This document shows positions 47,101 to 55,949 of a stretch of 64,000 nucleotides of DNA, one piece after another (the first letter of the stretch is position 1; the number at the start of each line of letters is the position of its first letter). The position numbers and the translations under genes are program-made. Under the pieces are notes generated by a model. The model searched no databases, was not told the origin of the DNA, and worked only from the letters and a program-made list of their open reading frames with translations. This DNA is from Lytechinus pictus (taxonomy: Eukaryota): contig NC_087245.1 in the NCBI RefSeq assembly GCF_037042905.1, positions 5,520,001 through 5,584,000 on the forward strand, in the 5' to 3' direction.

Positions 47101-50100
47101 CTAATTTTAGGGGCACTTAGGGCTGTCATACAGGTGAAATAGTTGGATGCCCCCATGTGTTTCCCATGTTGCACTACAGGCACTCAAACACTCTAGAGAA
47201 ATATAATAGTTTTACAATTGTACTATATGATGAATGGAAGAAACTATGATACTATGATACAAACCCGCTTGCCCGGGGCAAGTGAAGATGAAGTGCAGGC
47301 GTCAGGCGAGCATTTCTCAAAGTCAATTGCCCGATCGGGCAAGTGGTTTTTTTGGAAATGAAAAATATCAAATGACAGTAAATTTCAATAAATTTTGGAT
47401 AGATCACAATTATTGACCAAATATCTCTCATATAATGTCAAACCAGTCACAATAACATGTAATCAGTAATCAGTGCCAATTTACCAAGAAATTATCGTAA
47501 GGTAACTTGTTCGAAGAACGGCTATGGGGGCTGCCATCTTACGCTCTAAAAAACACTGCGCATGCGCTACTATCTTGCGCAATTTGCTGCTGACGAAGGC
47601 TGAGGAAACCCATTATTTCGCCATGTTCTGCACTACGTTATGAGCGAGCCAGCTGATTCTCGAGCTCGCTGCAAACTTTGTGACTCGGCCTCAAGGTTTG
47701 TGATCATTCCCAACCAATTAAAGAATGAGTCATCAGACTAAAATATAGCTCCAAAGGTAGTGTGAGTGAAGCTACTAGCGAAACTTAGTAAGAATTAGCA
47801 GATCCATGTCTATGATGGCAATAAGAACTGATGTCATGAATTTGCTGAAAATAAACTTATAGACAGAGGCTACATGTATGTGTGTTTACTACATGATTTT
47901 CATTGTGTATTACCGTCATAAAAGAATAATTATATAAAAATTGAGCTAACAGTTTTTTCTATTGGGCAAGGAAATTCGGGCAAGTGATAAAAAAAAAGTT
48001 TTGAACATCCATGATCATCTAAATTGTTTGGCTTGGATTAATGCAATTTACAAATTGATGTCTTGGGAAAATTTACTGATTTATGTTTACTGTGTTTTTT
48101 GTTTTCTTTATTACAGCAAGAAATTTATTCATACAATGAACACAGTTGCAGGCCTGAAAGTGTTAGATTATTTATTTTTGTTCATTTATATTTTCATTAA
48201 GCTGTATACTTGCAATGCTTGTGTCATTATAGCAGCACATTTCATGCTTCCTAGATATATTATTTTACTAAATGCATCTACTTCTTTTCATTATTTTTGT
48301 ATTTTACAGAAGCCCACACAAACATTCAGCAAAGATCCCAATGTAGTCTCTTCACAACAAGAAGAAGATGATATCGCTAAAGGTAAGAAAGGAAGGGCAT
48401 TCACGCAAAACTCAAATAATACATGCTGGTGGTGTGATGACATTCTAATGTCTGTCATTCATCACATTGGATGAAGAGAAGTGGATGATCATTTCACTTA
48501 AATACAGGTCAAGTTTAAGATATAAAACTCAGTCAAAGGTCACAGCTCATAATGTTTATTTATTGGTTCTATGTGATTAGCTATGGCATTCAGATCATGT
48601 GGATACACAGAATGTCTAGATCTATCTTATTTTGATCTAAGGATTTTGTTTACCCTAATAGCTAGGAATGATGAGTTTTAGTTATTAATCCAATAATTAG
48701 TTTTTGTTTTGCAATCCAAACTCTAGCCTTTAATGCTTCTCCTTCATGATTTTAATATTCAGGATGTATTCAAAGGCCATGTCAAAGTGAAATGCAATGA
48801 TTATTTCACAATTGGTTTTATACTACTCTCAAGCTCTAACTAAAGCATGGGAGGTACCATAAAAGTGAAAGTTCTGATGCACTGATTGGAAGGGTGTATA
48901 CTATTACTGTCCATTATCTTTTTAACGATAAATTTTATTAGTTACACCTTGCTTCCCTTGCAGCCATTGCACTATCATTAGAGAATGATAAGAGTTCCAA
49001 TCGAAGTTCCAGCGGAGGTGGAGGCAATAGTGGAGGAGGGGGAAGTAGCTACCAGTCATCTAGTAGCTTATATCCCTCTACCAACACCCTTTATGCCTCA
49101 CCAATCCAGCATCAATCCAGAGAATCAAGAAAGGTCAAAGCACTTTATGATTTTGAAGCTGCAGAGGACAATGAACTTACATTCAAGGCAGGAGAGATAA
49201 TCAGTGTATTGGATGACAGGTAGGATTTCTATCTTAAAGGCTCCGTTTCACAAACTCTGTACAGTTTTAATTTTGCGTGTATAACATGCATTCGTCATAG
49301 GTTGCTAATTCATGTTGTCATGGTTTGATTCCACTTTTTTTTATATTAATCAGGAGTAGTTATTATGGACTCATTAGTTAAAATCTATGGACCCATGAAT
49401 GACCAAACCATAACAACACTCATAATATAGGGGTAGTTATATTGCGCACATATTCACCTTGTTAGGTGCTCAAGGCGCTCCTATATTACCCGGCTAAGCT
49501 AGGCGTTCATAGCACACACAGCTTTTTAAGGAATTACTTCCTACCGGTACCCATTTACCTCACCTGGGTTGAGTGCAGCACACTTTGGATCAGTTTCTTG
49601 CTGAAGGAAATTACGCCATGGCTGGGATTCGAACCCACGACCCTCTGTTTCAAAGTCCGAAGACTAATCCACTGGGCCACAACGCTCCACAAATCATGAA
49701 TTTAGCATTATGTGACCAAACATGCTATCAGTAATGGGCCCTGCTCAAAATATTTGCCAAATTAAGTGTTTTATTTTGTGAAATATGCATAATCTAAAGA
49801 TCAAACCACTTTTGTGAATTCGAGCAAAAGAGGGAGCCTGATATTTTGTGGAATTGTTTGCTTCTGTTAAGTATAATTATGTTTAAATTGTCAACTGTAG
49901 AATCATGAATATAAAAGGTGAAAGGAATGATGATGCTATCAGGATATCTATGACTGAATATTTGGGGAGAAGTTACATAAATTTTTGTCATCTAACATGC
50001 TGTCAACTCTGACTCTCCTCCAGATATTGATAACTTGTCAGTGCTGATAACTTTCATGAAACACCAATCTGCTTATATGATTATATTTACATTTTTGAAA

Positions 50101-53100
50101 AGCACATGATGAATATAAAACAGATTTTGTTTACTTCCTTCTGTTACTATACAGTGATAGCATATATTAGGGAAATGAAAATTTGTATTTGCAAAGTAAG
50201 TGAATCTCTTATTTGGACTAGAATTTACTCTCACTGGTAGTATATTTCTTTTGTGATTACACTTTCACTTACCCATAGTCCCTCTTCTTTTTCACCCATT
50301 GCATAGGGATGCAAACTGGTGGAAGGGTGAAAACTTCCGAGGTACAGGTCTCTTTCCATCTAACTTTGTAACAGCAGATCTCACAGCAGAAACAGAACCA
50401 GGTAATGTATTTACAATGTTTGTGGAAGCGTTTTGATGCAATTTTATTCATTCAATTAGTTTGATTGAAATACCAGAGCAACACATTCTTAGCACGTTGT
50501 TAATTGAAAATTCATACACCCCCCTGTTGTATAGAAGTAGTTAAATATTCGATTAACTCTCTCACTATATATTTTTATTCAACAAATTTTCTTTATATGA
50601 ATAGATTGGTAGATCCATATATTTTTTTTAATTTTACATGTCACCTGTTTGTTTTTATAGTTTGTAGTTCTAGTTTCCCTTCCTTTAAGGTGCAAAGATT
50701 GGCGGGAATACCTCAACATAGTATTCAACTTTCAATAATATTATTAGTTTATAATTAGTTTTAATGATATCAGCAGTTCCTTTATAAAAGTAATTTTAAG
50801 TCTTAATGCAGTTTCTAGAGCATTTTGAACATTAAACATATATATGAATCAACTTACCTTTGAAGAAGACCTATTTGTTTTGGGTTTCGATGTACCTTGA
50901 TTGAGAGAGATGTTGACTGTAGATATATTCAATGATCCAATGTCTGTTATTTTAGAAATCAAAGCACGAGAGAAGAAGGTATCATTTGATGAAGAAGTAG
51001 AGGTACGGACCATCGAACCACCCTCAGAGATCAAGATTAGTGCAGAGACAATGGACCAATGCTTAGACATGCTTCAGAATACTGATCCCACCATGGAAAG
51101 ACCTGATAATCCTGACATGCCACTTTTAGAAGGTATTTAGTCTGTGTTGTGCCAAAATGTCTTTGCTCACAGATAATAAACAAATAATGAATGTCTATGA
51201 GTGCAATGGACAGAATACTTCATGAGGTGAAAAATGAAATGATCCATTTAACGTGGCATAGCCAAATTGAATGGATCATTCATTTCATTTTTCACCTCAT
51301 AAAGTGTTCTGTCCATTGAATGAATGAAAAGAACATTATTTGTTTTATATGACACTTAAAAATAAGTCCTTGTCATTTTTTAATGCCAAAGTGCATTCAG
51401 TGTGAGTGCAGTCTGTTGTCAATTGTCGAAAAACATACAACACACGCACTACAAACACAAATGGTTTTATGTATAGCACCTGTGGTCTAGGCATGCGTGC
51501 AATGGACAAAATTGTATGGACCAAAATGGCACGAGGAATGAATCCCAAATTGCACAGATAATGACTCCATTGTAAAATGGGCAGAATGATCAATATCAAA
51601 CAACCAATCAAATGACAAGGATCTATCTAGGTGTCATATAATATCCTTTAATTGGTGCTAAATGGAGTTTGGTTTCACCTCATTGGCAATGTGTCAAAGT
51701 TAAGTCCTGCACAGGCCAAGACTATAGGATTAAAATTAATTATATGACACCTAGATAGATCCTTGTCATTTGATAGGTTGTTTAATATCGATCATTCAGC
51801 CCATTTTACAATGACGTCATCAACTGCAATTTTGGATCCATACGATTTTGTCAATTGCACGCGCGCACCGAGACTGCAGGCACTACAAGTATAACCACTC
51901 GTGTTTGCAGCTCGCAAATTTTGCATCGAAATTCATAAAATTCATATGAAAAAGAATTTTTTTTAGTTGTCATATAAACCAAATCCAAATAATGAATGTT
52001 ATTTCCATTCGTGCAATGGACAGAATACTTCATTTCAAAGATGAAATTAATGATCCATTCAACTCAGCTATGCCACGTTAAATGGATCATTTCATCTTTC
52101 ACCTCATGAAGTATTTTGTCCATTGCACTCATGAACATTCATTATTTTTATACTAGTCCATGGTCAGGGAACAACCTTACCTTGAGATGTATGAAAGTTC
52201 AGTTTCATTTGCTTCAAGTTAAACATTCTGAATCCAATGTGAGGACTATTCCCAGTTGCATTTGTTGAGTGCCTTTCTATGTTACTGCTAGTGCTGAATG
52301 ATTGGGCATGAAATGTACATGTATGCACGATCAGAGGGAATGTAGTTATTATATTCATACCAGCTTTCAGAAGTCTTCATGCATTGATTACTCAGTATCA
52401 TTATTTTAATGCTTTTGACCCAATTACAGCAACGTGCAATGGAATGGCTCCTCTCATTGACCAGGAGTTGGAGTCGATTGACCGTGATCATGCAGACCTG
52501 ACAGCTCTCAACCAACGGCTCATTGATGCCTTTCAGATGTACCATGATCTGATGAAAGAAGCACCCGTCTATGGCTACTCTCTGAAGGGAGTAGTTCCAG
52601 GTCAAGGCCCTTTTACAGGGCAGGGGCCTGTGCCTATCCCTGGTGGTTATGCCCCTCAGCAACCCATGCCTCCTCAACAGATGACTCAAGTAAGTCACCC
52701 TTGCCTCATTGTTCAAGAGCCTTTTAGTCAAGTGTTGCCTTTTTGATGGGCATCAGGCTTTCTGGTTACTATTCATTGTATTATGGACACAGACATTCAC
52801 AGATGCTTTATGCCTTAGGGCCAGTCATCACTTATTTATCATAGGTGTGATGTGTATGTTTTTCTTGTATGATTCATGCAAAACTGGACTTATTTGGTGA
52901 TCTAGATATTTTTTTTTCATTAACACCAATCTAGTATCATCTCCATGGTCCTCATTGCAGAATTGTCAACTGATAGAAAATATGACAGGAATATGAACGT
53001 ATGAAAGGGTATTAAAAAAGATTTGGTGTTTAAGAGTGGCAAAGAAAAAAAGGGGATGAAATAGCACCGCATGACACCTTGTAGTTGAAAATACTTATAC

Positions 53101-55949
53101 CTCCAAGATGCATCAGAACAGAAAAAATAGTAGTGATTTGAGAAAATAAAGCTTGATTGAACAATATACAAATGTTGATGGGAAAATACTTATTTTGAAG
53201 CTACAGAATATTAATTTACTCTTCCAAAGGTTGGCAGCTCTGTCATCACTCACTAGCCTATATCGGTCTCTGTCACTTAGATATTCATGACCTAGGTTCG
53301 CAAATGATTCATAGATTCTCTATCAACCAGATAATGTAAATTAAACAAAAATAATATCTGCATTTCCAGTGATGACAGCAGCTAAAGTTTAAATCCTTAG
53401 CCATGATTGTCCATCTTTATAACACAATGAGATGACAATCACTAGCAAGCCCAAATGCTTATCAGATATGATAACAGTGTAGCTTGAATGATGCCAAAGG
53501 AATGATCATATTATAAATAAAAAATCTTCATAGTGATATTGACCGTCTGGGGATGAGCTTATTCAATTCAAAACCATCTGTGACTTTTGCTCATACATCT
53601 ACACCAATTCCTTGGGCAGAGTACCCATGTTTAATTCCCATGCAATTCCTGCCATTGGCTTTGATTACATTCATGCTCCAGAAATTAAAATACCTTAATT
53701 GAACAGTGTCATTAGAATCACAATAAATGTTGCCAAAGACATTTTGTCTTGAGTAAATGTACAGTTTTGGAGAGAGATCATCTTGAGAGATATCTGCCAG
53801 AGAGATTAACCTTAGTGTTATTTTTCATGTTGATCCTGCCTTCTTCCTTCATATATAATATATCCACTATTTAGAAAGAAAAAAAAAGTGAATTTACAAA
53901 GTTCAAGCATCATTTCAAAATAATTGTGATATCAAATTACATGAATGTGCTTAGCCGTAGTATAGTAAAATTTATGATGAAACTCCTTTGAGTATAAAAG
54001 AGGTATAATATTATAAATCATTTATTTTGGTGTTCTTCAGTACAATGCCGGAGCACCCCCTCAGCAGCAATACATGGGTATTGGTCAACCTATAATGAAT
54101 CAAAGTATGAACATGCCCCCTTCCTCTCAATCTGTACCTGTATCAACTATGTCTATGAGTCAGCCAATCCCCTCTCAGTCAGCAGTAGGGCCAGCTTCAC
54201 AACAAACTTATTCATCAAGGTAAGGACATGTTCACACTTATTATCCATATTTATAACAAGATAATTTGGGCGACGCGCTATTTAAAATTTGATCAGTTTT
54301 ATTGACTGATATTGTCAATGTACTTTTACAAATTTGAATGTACCTCAAATATCAAATTACACACCATAATTTACTTTGCTTGTACATGTAGCCGTTTGAG
54401 CCATATTATACATGTAATTACATTGGCAGTGTTCATCCTGCTGCTCATCTGACTGGTTCTCTTCATCTTCCTTGCATTTCATTTGAAAAAAAATAATAAA
54501 TAGCATTAATTTTTTTTTCATGCTGTACTTACTATTCTTCTGCCTAGAGTAACTTATCTGCAATAATTTAATAAGGATGAATTAACATAGTCGACCAGTT
54601 TACCTCGTAGACTCACAGTTTGCTGTGAACAAGCAATTGCATAAATCTTTGTTTTTATTTGTGATGAATGTTGGCTAATCTGGCCTACTGACAGTGATAT
54701 TGGTCATTCCTTATATATCTAGTAGATATTGTCCTCTGGTTACTTGCTTACAAGCATTCATGCTTTCTTAGCAATCAGGTAAAAAATCCCCACCAATCAA
54801 TGACAGCTGCTCTCTTGTATACTATTTTCTACCAGTTCCATAAACTGCTGTTTTCTCCAGAAATTAATGGTTATCAATTTTATACTTTATTTTGACTTAA
54901 TAACAAAATATTTCATACACCCTGGTATGATAAAATATTCCTGATGATCCTGTTAAAAGACAGTTTATGGAATGCAAAGTACACAACAAAACAGAGTGCA
55001 GCACTGATTGTATGATGAGCCACAATACTGTTGAAAGAATACCTATGTTATGTGGATTTACATCAAACTCTCCTTTAAAAAGGTTTCATTTTATATCTGG
55101 AGTGATTAGAAACAAAGTTGACAGCAAGGAAGAATTCCCTCTACAACCTTATTATTTGATTGAATTATTTAGACATAACTTGATAGAAATCTTGACATGA
55201 AATGCACTTTTGCTGAAAAAAGGCATTTTTTTGCTAAATGACACAATAGAATTGTGCACTACCTATTTACTTCAACATTTAGATATTGCCCCATGCTCCC
55301 AAACAAATTACTTGTATATCAGTTTGTTTTGATTAATAGTCAAGGACCTGTCATATCGTTCCATGCAAGCGTTATGTGTGACTGGTGGGTAACTATTTTT
55401 GCTACCTACAGGTCACCCGCATTGACAGTATCTCTCACGCATCTCACATGCAGTTACCCGCAGAAGTGCATGCAACTCTGATTTGCACGCAGAAAAGTTT
55501 TGAACATGATCAAAACATTTTTTGAAGGTGAGTTGTGGGCAATCACCCGCAAAGCTTGCACGGAACGTTTTGACAGAGCCTTTAGTAACATATCTATTTA
55601 CTTTACATTTTATTTTTACATAAAATTTTGCTTGTTCTCTTTTTCTACCTTTATGACCTACAGTCCAGCATCATCTACCATGTACAATAACATCCCCCAG
55701 AATTCCTTGCCAGCCGCTAGTCAGTCAAGCCCCGGATCCACTCCCTTCCAATACAACTCTGCACCCGTTGGTACCGTGGCACCCACCAACACCTCCTACA
55801 GCCAGCCAGCCCCCATGGGTAGCATGCAGCCCCAAGGGGGAGTGCCCTCTACAGGTATGGAACAGGGGTATAGCATGGCACCCCCTACAGGTGACCAGGG
55901 GGTCATGATGGGACAGGGGATTCCCCCTCAGCAACAGCTTCTTTTATAG
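20113..55949 (+). CDS. STAM: Signal transducing adaptor molecule (STAM1/2 ortholog, ESCRT-0), 13 coding exons, 1776 nt, 591 aa
   Basis: All exons have GT-AG boundaries and consistent phases. [34 protein letters not shown] (VHS); [14 protein letters not shown] (UIM); [23 protein letters not shown]...[19 protein letters not shown] (SH3); [22 protein letters not shown] (GAT/coiled coil); P/Q-rich tail ending QQQLLL*. Confidence 0.96.
21177..21568. repeat. Tandem duplication, about 198-bp unit x2
   Basis: TCACTGTCAATTAT...GACAGGAAAGCAGATTT at about 21177-21370 and 21375-21568. Confidence 0.9.
22444..22600. mobile_element. MITE with CAG ends and apparent 5-bp TSD (hAT5-like)
   Basis: CAGGGGCCGCGGAAA ... 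TTTCCGCGGCTCTG, flanked by AAATG on both sides. Confidence 0.65.
24344..25210 (-). CDS. hAT transposase exon 2 (RW motif, catalytic E, dimerisation domain)
   Basis: ctaaccag|[26 protein letters not shown]...[16 protein letters not shown]...CHFSH*. Confidence 0.93.
   Translation of the reverse strand, partial: VNASYDDLLLHNNVRWLSKGQVLGRFWAIKKDLEMFLSQQTTAKARQFLDYLRDDNKMELVAFLVDITSHLNEFNLKLQGQGSTVCDLMTAVRSFERRLELFKNDITEAHLHFPTLLGHTNGNHHHDHVSFLEKLADNFKSRFSDFCVGKQVLLCIGSPFLVKDLVELSRETTRIFPWANAGKLQTEMIDLQENLALKESRCDHVTFWTKMVPATSFPTLHKVSIAVLTMFGSTYRCESAFSTMNILKNSYRSTLTSEHLHQCLRLAITPFVPRFKQLVADRQCHFSH
25588..26589 (-). CDS. hAT transposase exon 1 (BED-like Zn finger, two catalytic D, CxxH); spliced product 622 aa, GTF2IRD2/EPM2AIP1/ZBED-like family
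   Basis: CLIC...[30 protein letters not shown]; ends FLNE|gtgaag. The phase-0 intron 25587-25211 joins FLNE to VNASYDDLL. Confidence 0.93.
27316..27844. mobile_element. Fully palindromic MITE, 9-bp TSD, TA...TA ends (AcademH- or MULE-like)
   Basis: TSD GCACAACGC (27307-15, 27845-53); arms of about 260 bp, TAACCCAGGGAGC... / ...GCTCCCTGGGTTA, centred near 27580. Confidence 0.92.
27911..28542. mobile_element. Diverged palindromic MITE (Tc1/pogo-like, tentative)
   Basis: ACTAGTATTCAACC motifs near 27930 and 28123, with inverted counterparts near 28308 and 28515; imperfect symmetry throughout. Confidence 0.65.
28545..29025. mobile_element. TA-flanked MITE with TATTACCGA subterminal motifs
   Basis: Two TATTACCGA motifs at the left, inverted copies near 28797 and 29003; imperfect tips TAGTGAGTGATTGTA / TGGTAGTGGATCGTA. 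Confidence 0.5.
30516..30833 (+). mobile_element. 5'-truncated L2/CR1-group LINE 3' end
   Basis: Encodes [20 protein letters not shown]...[18 protein letters not shown]...[10 protein letters not shown], typical of the L2 ORF2 C-terminus; 3' stem-loop and (ATT)n tail. Confidence 0.88.
30765..31030. repeat. Tandem duplication (about 138 bp) spanning the L2 tail / host element junction
   Basis: AAAAAGCGCCTTGAGCAC...GTAGAAATTAA occurs twice (about 30766-30890 and 30904-31028). Confidence 0.9.
31723..34306. mobile_element. Non-autonomous hAT-like element with apparent 6-bp TSD, containing a polypyrimidine tract
   Basis: TIR CAGGGCATAAATT vs CAGGCCTTAAATT; GTATCG on both sides (31717-22, 34307-12); GGCC..TGCCC subterminal repeats at both ends. 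A solo end remnant lies near 39270-39306. Confidence 0.65.
32530..33790 (+). repeat. About 1.25-kb polypyrimidine (T/C) low-complexity tract
   Basis: Almost purine-free plus strand made of degenerate TTTC/TTCC units. Confidence 0.95.
35159..36475. mobile_element. hAT-type non-autonomous element, 8-bp TSD
   Basis: TSD TCTTATGA (35151-58, 36476-83); TIR CAGGCGCGTAGCCAGG vs CAACCGCGTAGCCAGG. Confidence 0.85.
36688..37449. mobile_element. PIF/Harbinger-like MITE (CWG-flanked)
   Basis: CTG-GGGCTCGTTTCTCAACAC ... GTGTTGAGAAACGGGCCC-CAG. Confidence 0.75.
36931..37031. repeat. Perfect 101-bp palindrome (50-bp arms, 1-nt spacer)
   Basis: TCATTGAATG...CAACCACTAT-G-ATAGTGGTTG...CATTCAATGA. Confidence 0.95.
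38067..38151 (+). CDS. STAM: STAM exon 2 (VHS)
   Basis: tttcag|ATAAAGTG...AATGC|gtaagt; (D)[27 protein letters not shown]. Confidence 0.95.
38472..39199. mobile_element. piggyBac-like MITE
   Basis: TTAA TSD (38468-71, 39200-03); perfect 17-bp TIR CCCTATCTAGGCCGGGG. Confidence 0.92.
39782..39857 (+). CDS. STAM: STAM exon 3 (VHS)
   Basis: ctcag|GCCAAAA...TTAGTG|gtgagt; [25 protein letters not shown]. Confidence 0.95.
40398..41034. mobile_element. Helentron-associated (HINE/DINE-1-like) element with about 3.5 internal tandem units of about 148-155 bp
   Basis: Repeats containing CAAAGGTCAAG(G/T)TCAC; end ATTATGTGCTCGCCTTAACGACACTCTTGTTTT (short hairpin, then T run). Similar degraded pieces near 41040-41455 and 42085-42540. 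Confidence 0.6.
41486..41581 (+). CDS. STAM: STAM exon 4 (VHS)
   Basis: tgcag|CTCCTT...AGTAAG|gtgagt; [32 protein letters not shown]. Confidence 0.95.
45229..45311 (+). CDS. STAM: STAM exon 5 (VHS)
   Basis: ttcag|GGCCAT...TGCAG|gtatgg; [27 protein letters not shown]. Confidence 0.95.
45931..46283. mobile_element. Degenerate tRNA-derived repeat present as an inverted pair
   Basis: 45937-46060 is the reverse complement of about 46150-46283; includes B-box-like GGTTCAAATCC and A-box-like TGGCCTGGTGG. Confidence 0.65.
46458..46527 (+). CDS. STAM: STAM exon 6 (end of VHS)
   Basis: atctag|TCTAATT...ACACCT|gtgagt; (S)[23 protein letters not shown]. Confidence 0.93.
48310..48382 (+). CDS. STAM: STAM exon 7 (start of UIM)
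   Basis: ttacag|AAGCCC...GCTAAAG|gtaaga; [24 protein letters not shown]. Confidence 0.95.
48964..49219 (+). CDS. STAM: STAM exon 8 (UIM, G/S linker, SH3 N-half)
   Basis: tgcag|CCATTGCA...GATGACAG|gtagga; (A)IALSLEND...[30 protein letters not shown]. Confidence 0.95.
49424..49689 (-). mobile_element. tRNA-derived SINE with L2-like 3' tail
   Basis: Minus strand: A box TGGCCCAGTGG, B box GGTTCGAATCC, central CAACCCAGGTGAGGTAAATGGGTACC, tail AGCGCCTTGAGCACC...GTGCGCAATATAA. Confidence 0.9.
50307..50401 (+). CDS. STAM: STAM exon 9 (SH3 C-half)
   Basis: catag|GGATGCA...GAACCAG|gtaatg; [31 protein letters not shown]. Confidence 0.95.
50956..51132 (+). CDS. STAM: STAM exon 10
   Basis: tttag|AAATCAAA...TTAGAAG|gtattt; (E)[16 protein letters not shown]...[14 protein letters not shown]...MPLLE. 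Confidence 0.95.
51185..52146. mobile_element. Inverted pair of a modular palindromic repeat (copies about 51185-51642 and 51738-52146)
   Basis: ATAATGAATG...GAGTGCAATGGACAGAATACTTCATGAGGTGAAA matches the reverse complement of the 52146 end; inner TATATGACACCTAGATAGATCCTTGTCATTTGA is inverted between copies. Confidence 0.8.
52430..52689 (+). CDS. STAM: STAM exon 11 (GAT/coiled coil)
   Basis: ttacag|CAACGTGC...ACTCAA|gtaagt; (A)[43 protein letters not shown]... Confidence 0.95.
54041..54219 (+). CDS. STAM: STAM exon 12 (P/Q/S-rich)
   Basis: cttcag|TACAAT...TCATCAAG|gtaagg; [17 protein letters not shown]...QQTYSS; phases fit exons 11 and 13. Confidence 0.88.
55342..55582. mobile_element. Harbinger-like MITE remnant
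   Basis: AAGGACCTGTCATATCGTTCCATGCAAGC vs reverse complement of right end AAGGCTCTGTCAAAACGTTCCGTGCAAGC. Confidence 0.65.
55664..55949 (+). CDS. STAM: STAM exon 13 (last coding exon)
   Basis: ctacag|TCCAGCA...; (S)[12 protein letters not shown]...[10 protein letters not shown]. Confidence 0.9.

Noticed and set aside
49600..49689. Functional tRNA gene
   Set aside because: It is the head of a SINE, continuing into a body and LINE-like tail shared with another copy.
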